64,000 nt of DNA from Candidatus Pacearchaeota archaeon. GTDB lineage: Archaea > Nanobdellota > Nanobdellia > Pacearchaeales > GW2011-AR1. Below, piece by piece: positions 60,049-64,000 of the stretch (position 1 is the stretch's first letter; each line of letters begins with the position of its first letter). Made by a program: the position numbers and the translations under genes. Location of the stretch: positions 2,403 through 66,402 of the forward strand of contig JAGVXI010000012.1 in the NCBI GenBank assembly GCA_018303855.1, written 5' to 3'. Below the pieces are notes generated by a model. That model was given only the letters and a program-made list of their open reading frames with translations, ran no database searches and was not told the origin of the DNA.

Positions 60049-60693
60049 TTACTTTTTTGTTAATGCAAAACCAAAAAGTATTATCACAAGCAACACACTC
60101 ATTGAAGCAAGCATCCACAATAAATAATCTTGTTTTTTTGCACTTTGTTTACCAGTTAAACCCTGTCCTGCTAAGCTCTCTGTTTCAGTATATTCACATC
60201 CAGAAGTTTCTATTGGCTTATTATACTCAACACTGCACATATTTTTATCATGGCACTGGCGCGTTCTTCCACCTTCACTACACTCGCTCCAATCAGAACA
60301 CTGCCAGTCAGCATAGCAAAACTCTGAACGGGAAAAAGCTATTGAAATACCAGAACCTATTGCCCGCAATATATTTTGGGTTTGATTCTGTTGAGTTTGG
60401 TTTTGTATTATTATAGAAGGGGTTGAATCACATGCATTACCAATGCCATCTAAATCAGCATCTTCTTGCCCAGGATTATAAGCTATTGGGCAATTGTCAA
60501 CATCGCTTCCAATTCCATCACCATCAGCATCATGAATAACCTGAGCATTAATTAGTGTTAAAAATAATAAAAAATAAAAAATTGAGGTGAAAATTAATAT
60601 TAATACTGGGGAGATAGCCAATTTAAAATTTAGGCTCTTAGTTAAAATTTTGATGCTTAAAGCATTAATTAATTTATTAAGTAAATCAATCAT
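60049..60693 (-). CDS. surface protein with thrombospondin type-3-like Ca-binding repeats and Cys-rich W-C domain, C-terminal TM
   Basis: DADGDGIGSDVDNCPIAYNPGQEDADLDGIGNACD (TSP3-like DxDxDG...DNC..NP.Q.D); CYADWQCSDWSECSEGGRTRQCHDKNMC; C-terminal anchor. Confidence 0.6.
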   Translation of the reverse strand: MIDLLNKLINALSIKILTKSLNFKLAISPVLILIFTSIFYFLLFLTLINAQVIHDADGDGIGSDVDNCPIAYNPGQEDADLDGIGNACDSTPSIIIQNQTQQNQTQNILRAIGSGISIAFSRSEFCYADWQCSDWSECSEGGRTRQCHDKNMCSVEYNKPIETSGCEYTETESLAGQGLTGKQSAKKQDYLLWMLASMSVLLVIILFGFALTKK

Positions 60694-60743
60694 TTTCTTG
60701 ACTAAACTTGAAATTATTTAAAGATTATTATGCTGAGAAATAT

Positions 60744-61517
60744 CTATTGCTTTTTCTTATTGTCTACTAGCTTCTTTTTGTTCATAATTACCATTGCAGC
60801 TGCAACAACTACTGCTATAAATATTAATCCTGCACCTGCTTTTGATTTGGCAAAATTTGCAACACCTCCAATAATATTCCCTGTAATTCCAGCCCACCCT
60901 TGATTAGGGCATTGTTTTATTGTTAACGGTTTTAATTCTTCTGTTCCGCAGTTGTTTGTGTCTCTGCACTCTCTTGAACCGCACTCATTATCTTCATTGC
61001 TCCATGCATCACACTGCCATCTTTCAATGCATGTTTCTTGTAGTAGACTTAAAGGAGTTACTCCTGGACTGTTTGAACTTGAACTACCTCCGCCTCCGCC
61101 GCCTCCGCCTCCACCATTGTTGCTTTCAGTTGCACAAGTTGATGAACATCCGTCACCATTTGTAGTATTTCCATCATCACAGCTCTCTCCTGCTTCAACA
61201 ATACTATTGCCGCAAACAGAAGAAGCATTGCATGCCTGGGTATTTCCACACTGCACAGGTTTTAGATTTACTGTTCCACACTGGTTTTTATCAATGCAAA
61301 TAAATGTCTGTTGATTATTATTGCAAGAACTCCATGTTGAACTGCTCCAGTCTTCTTCACAGCCCCCAGAACCAATAACTATTCTCCCCCCACCAACATC
61401 AACTCCAAAACTGCCATGATAAGTAGCAGCACTTGCAACACTTGCCGCTACTAACAAAACTGCCAAACTTACTAAGAATATTTTTGTATTCATCTTTTGT
61501 TTTTGTGATTGTATCAA
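60744..61517 (-). CDS. Cys-rich surface protein (two W-C domains + CGN...DGC repeat, poly-Gly linker, C-terminal TM)
   Basis: Signal peptide; CEEDWSSSTWSSC...QCGTVNLKPVQC and CIERWQCDAWSNEDNECGSRECRDTNNCG (same domain as the previous gene); CGNSIVEAGESCDDGNTTNGDGCSSTC; GGGGGGGGGG; TM. Confidence 0.6.
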   Translation of the reverse strand: MIQSQKQKMNTKIFLVSLAVLLVAASVASAATYHGSFGVDVGGGRIVIGSGGCEEDWSSSTWSSCNNNQQTFICIDKNQCGTVNLKPVQCGNTQACNASSVCGNSIVEAGESCDDGNTTNGDGCSSTCATESNNGGGGGGGGGGSSSSNSPGVTPLSLLQETCIERWQCDAWSNEDNECGSRECRDTNNCGTEELKPLTIKQCPNQGWAGITGNIIGGVANFAKSKAGAGLIFIAVVVAAAMVIMNKKKLVDNKKKQ

Positions 61518-61587
61518 TTTTTATTTAATAAAGATATCTGTAACTTATTTTATATTTTAAACCTTGTATATTTGAGTACTATCTAGC

Positions 61588-64000
61588 TTAATCTTCGCAG
61601 TTTACAGTGTCAATCCAGTATTCTAAGTCATGCACACCAGGGCCAATTTGCTGTACAACTTCGCTATTAAGTGTTAAGCTCAAACCAAATTCTGTCTGCT
61701 CGTTTATCTCTTCGCATGCCTCGCCAAGTTGTAGTATTCCTGCATCACTTTCAAATCCTTCATGCTGCAATCCTACAAATGTGCTATCGTTGTTATTTGA
61801 TATTTCTGCATTCATCATTGCAGGGGTTATAATTTCTCCAAGCTTGTTCATTCTGAATTGTATGTTACTATCCCCTCTTATGCATGTGTGGAATGTGAAA
61901 TCACACTCTCCTCCTAAAATTGGGTCTATGTTGCAGAATGCCGGAGAAATATACTCAACAAAAACAGTTTCAGATAGATATTCGCTTATTGAACTTGTTC
62001 CTTGATTCCCTAGGTTATCAGAAGTATAAACAACTAATTCATATTCGCCAGTTGGAAGAGATTTATCCATTAATGCCTCATACACATTTCCTTGCTCTCC
62101 GCTGTAAACAGATTTTCTTAGTGAGATGTTTCTAACAACTTCTTGTTGTGAATTTATTAGCTCAGCTCTGACACTCTCATTATTTATACCTGCTCCGTTA
62201 TCAAATACCTCAACAACAATTGCCTGCGAGCATCTTTGTATGTTTCCAGCTTCATTTTGAGTGGGGTTGTGTATAATTATTGTTGGGAGAGTATTGTCAA
62301 GCCAGTCTTCTTCTGTATTTTGTTCCTCTTCATTTCCAAGCAAATCAATTGAATCATAATACAAAGTGTAAAGCCCATCTTCTTCTTCTATGTTAAACTG
62401 CTCAGAATATATCTGTGGTTCATTCTCGTTAATTTGGTAAGAAGTGTAATCACATCCAACTTCTGAATCTGAGCATGTTAAATTAAACAAAGTTTCTGAA
62501 GTGATAAACAATGCACTTCCATTGTTATATTGCGGAGTTCCAATTGTTTTTGTTGTTGTTGGAGCTTGTGTATCTACCTTGTCTGTTTCATTTTTAATTT
62601 CTTCTGTGTTTTCTAATTCATCTGTGGAATAATATTCAATTTCATATACTCCATCTCCTTGTTCAAATGCGAAAGACTCTTCATAAACAAGCCATTCAGA
62701 CCAGTTTCCCTCAGCATATTTTATTCTATAATATGTTGCATCACACCCTACTACCACATCTTCATCACCATCGCTACATTCCAACACTATCTCTGTTTCA
62801 TCTGTAATAAACCAATCAATAACCCACTGAAGCCATTCAAAACCCTCAACTTTTGGCTCACCAACTGTCTTTGTTGTTTCAGGAGGGGTTCTGTCAATAT
62901 TAACGCTTACCCCATTTTCTCCAATATTACATGCTTTGTCTTTTGCTCTTTTTGTTATTGCACAATTTCCATCATCAGAACAATAAGTATCTAGTATTAC
63001 ATTAAAATTATTGTTGCAAATATCAGAACTCCATTCAGAAATATAAGGAGTATTCTGATTATTTTGTATTTCAATTTGACATTCTAATAAACTATTCTCT
63101 GCGTCAGCATCATTTTCACTTACATCAAAATTAGTATTGAACCAATCATCCTCTTGAGGTGCAGTTATTTCAACTGTTGGGTTTCCATTATCATAATAAA
63201 CATCTTCACTCCAAGAACTCCAATCTCCTGTGTTGCCAGCCATATCTACAGCCCTAACTCTTATTGAATATGTGTGCTCATTTGTTCCTGCAAGATTTAA
63301 ACTTAATAATTCTGGTTCTATTATTGGATTTATCTGTCCTGTATCATTTATCTCAACTTCATAATAATCAACAGGAGCACATCCATTGCTTGTTGCTTCT
63401 GTCCATGAGAATGAAATCTCCTCATTTGTATAGTCTTGTTCACAATTAAATGTGTTATCAACACTTACTTCAGGAGTTTCTGGTTCTTGGGTATCAACGC
63501 AAAATTCGCATGATGCAGTTTCTCCTTCATTATTAAATTCATCAATAGCATAAGCAGTTATTGTATGGTTTCCTTCTAAAAATGTTTCTTCAAATGGCTT
63601 TGTTTGCCAATCTTCTTCAACTTCATTGAAACTTCCATCGCTTGGATCAGAATTTGTATAATCATGGTTTGCATTATTACTATTGTCCTCGCTTTCTCTG
63701 CTATACTGAACATTATCTATTTCACTCCCTCCTGTTTCAGCATCACTTGCACTGCCACTTATATAAAGCTCTTGTTGATTTACATAAGGATTTTCAGTGC
63801 ATGACCATGTTTCATCTTCGTTGTTTTGATTTATTATTGTTAAAACATTAATTATTGGAGTTAACTCTAAAACATCTTCATTGTTTATCTCTACATTCCA
63901 GATATGGCTCTCAGATTCATAAATCCAGCCATCAACTTCAATTTCAATTTTAGTAATTTCTTCCTCACCATCACTTGCTTTCCATTCAGCTAAAGAATTG
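61588..64000 (-). CDS. large acidic (D/E/N-rich) secreted surface protein, 3' part; gene runs off the window end
   Basis: Minus-strand frame is open from 64000 down to the stop at 61588 (hand-translated 63244-64000: ...NSLAEWKASDGEE...LNLAGTNEHTYSIRVRAVDM-AGNTG...); the track ORF 61588-63243 starts at an internal Met. Confidence 0.6.
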   Translation of the reverse strand, partial: NSLAEWKASDGEEEITKIEIEVDGWIYESESHIWNVEINNEDVLELTPIINVLTIINQNNEDETWSCTENPYVNQQELYISGSASDAETGGSEIDNVQYSRESEDNSNNANHDYTNSDPSDGSFNEVEEDWQTKPFEETFLEGNHTITAYAIDEFNNEGETASCEFCVDTQEPETPEVSVDNTFNCEQDYTNEEISFSWTEATSNGCAPVDYYEVEINDTGQINPIIEPELLSLNLAGTNEHTYSIRVRAVDMAGNTGDWSSWSEDVYYDNGNPTVEITAPQEDDWFNTNFDVSENDADAENSLLECQIEIQNNQNTPYISEWSSDICNNNFNVILDTYCSDDGNCAITKRAKDKACNIGENGVSVNIDRTPPETTKTVGEPKVEGFEWLQWVIDWFITDETEIVLECSDGDEDVVVGCDATYYRIKYAEGNWSEWLVYEESFAFEQGDGVYEIEYYSTDELENTEEIKNETDKVDTQAPTTTKTIGTPQYNNGSALFITSETLFNLTCSDSEVGCDYTSYQINENEPQIYSEQFNIEEEDGLYTLYYDSIDLLGNEEEQNTEEDWLDNTLPTIIIHNPTQNEAGNIQRCSQAIVVEVFDNGAGINNESVRAELINSQQEVVRNISLRKSVYSGEQGNVYEALMDKSLPTGEYELVVYTSDNLGNQGTSSISEYLSETVFVEYISPAFCNIDPILGGECDFTFHTCIRGDSNIQFRMNKLGEIITPAMMNAEISNNNDSTFVGLQHEGFESDAGILQLGEACEEINEQTEFGLSLTLNSEVVQQIGPGVHDLEYWIDTVNCED

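Noticed and set aside
1-64000. Scan for CRISPR arrays, cas genes, reverse transcriptases and additional tRNA genes.
   Set aside because: No regularly spaced direct repeats, no RT or Cas motifs in any ORF, and no further tRNA-like GC islands with T-loop signatures found by eye; only tRNA-Ala in the rRNA spacer.

Overview
AT-rich (about 30% GC) archaeal window, probably from a small DPANN-like genome. Annotation is from reading the sequence and ORF track only; no searches were run, so family names are motif-based calls and boundaries of RNA genes are approximate. Minus-strand rRNA operon at the start: 23S 5' part, tRNA-Ala(TGC) in the spacer, 16S. Housekeeping core follows: SDR, eno-rps2, rpoK, an exosome/proteasome superoperon (Pop5-PsmA-SBDS-Rrp4-Rrp41-Rrp42) with two extra small ORFs, RNase J, Mre11-Rad50, PsmB-aCPSF1, a presenilin/SPP-like protease, TrmB, CCA enzyme, a GTPase cluster, RtcB-archease. 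Accessory content: surface-protein cassettes; a ~10 kb archaeal type IV pilus-like locus (several class-III-signal pilin-like genes, FlaI/TadA-like ATPase, two T2SSF platform proteins) headed by three tandem Cys-rich small secreted paralogs; a MITE-like palindromic repeat in two copies; a ~4.3 kb composite transposon (21-bp imperfect TIRs, 10-bp target duplication) carrying a SWIM+IS6-like DDE transposase, an RHH regulator with palindromic operator, and an MmeI-like fused restriction-modification gene broken by an in-frame TGA, inserted beside a GC-rich structured candidate ncRNA; Cys-rich adhesin-like surface proteins at the window end. No CRISPR array or reverse transcriptase was seen.
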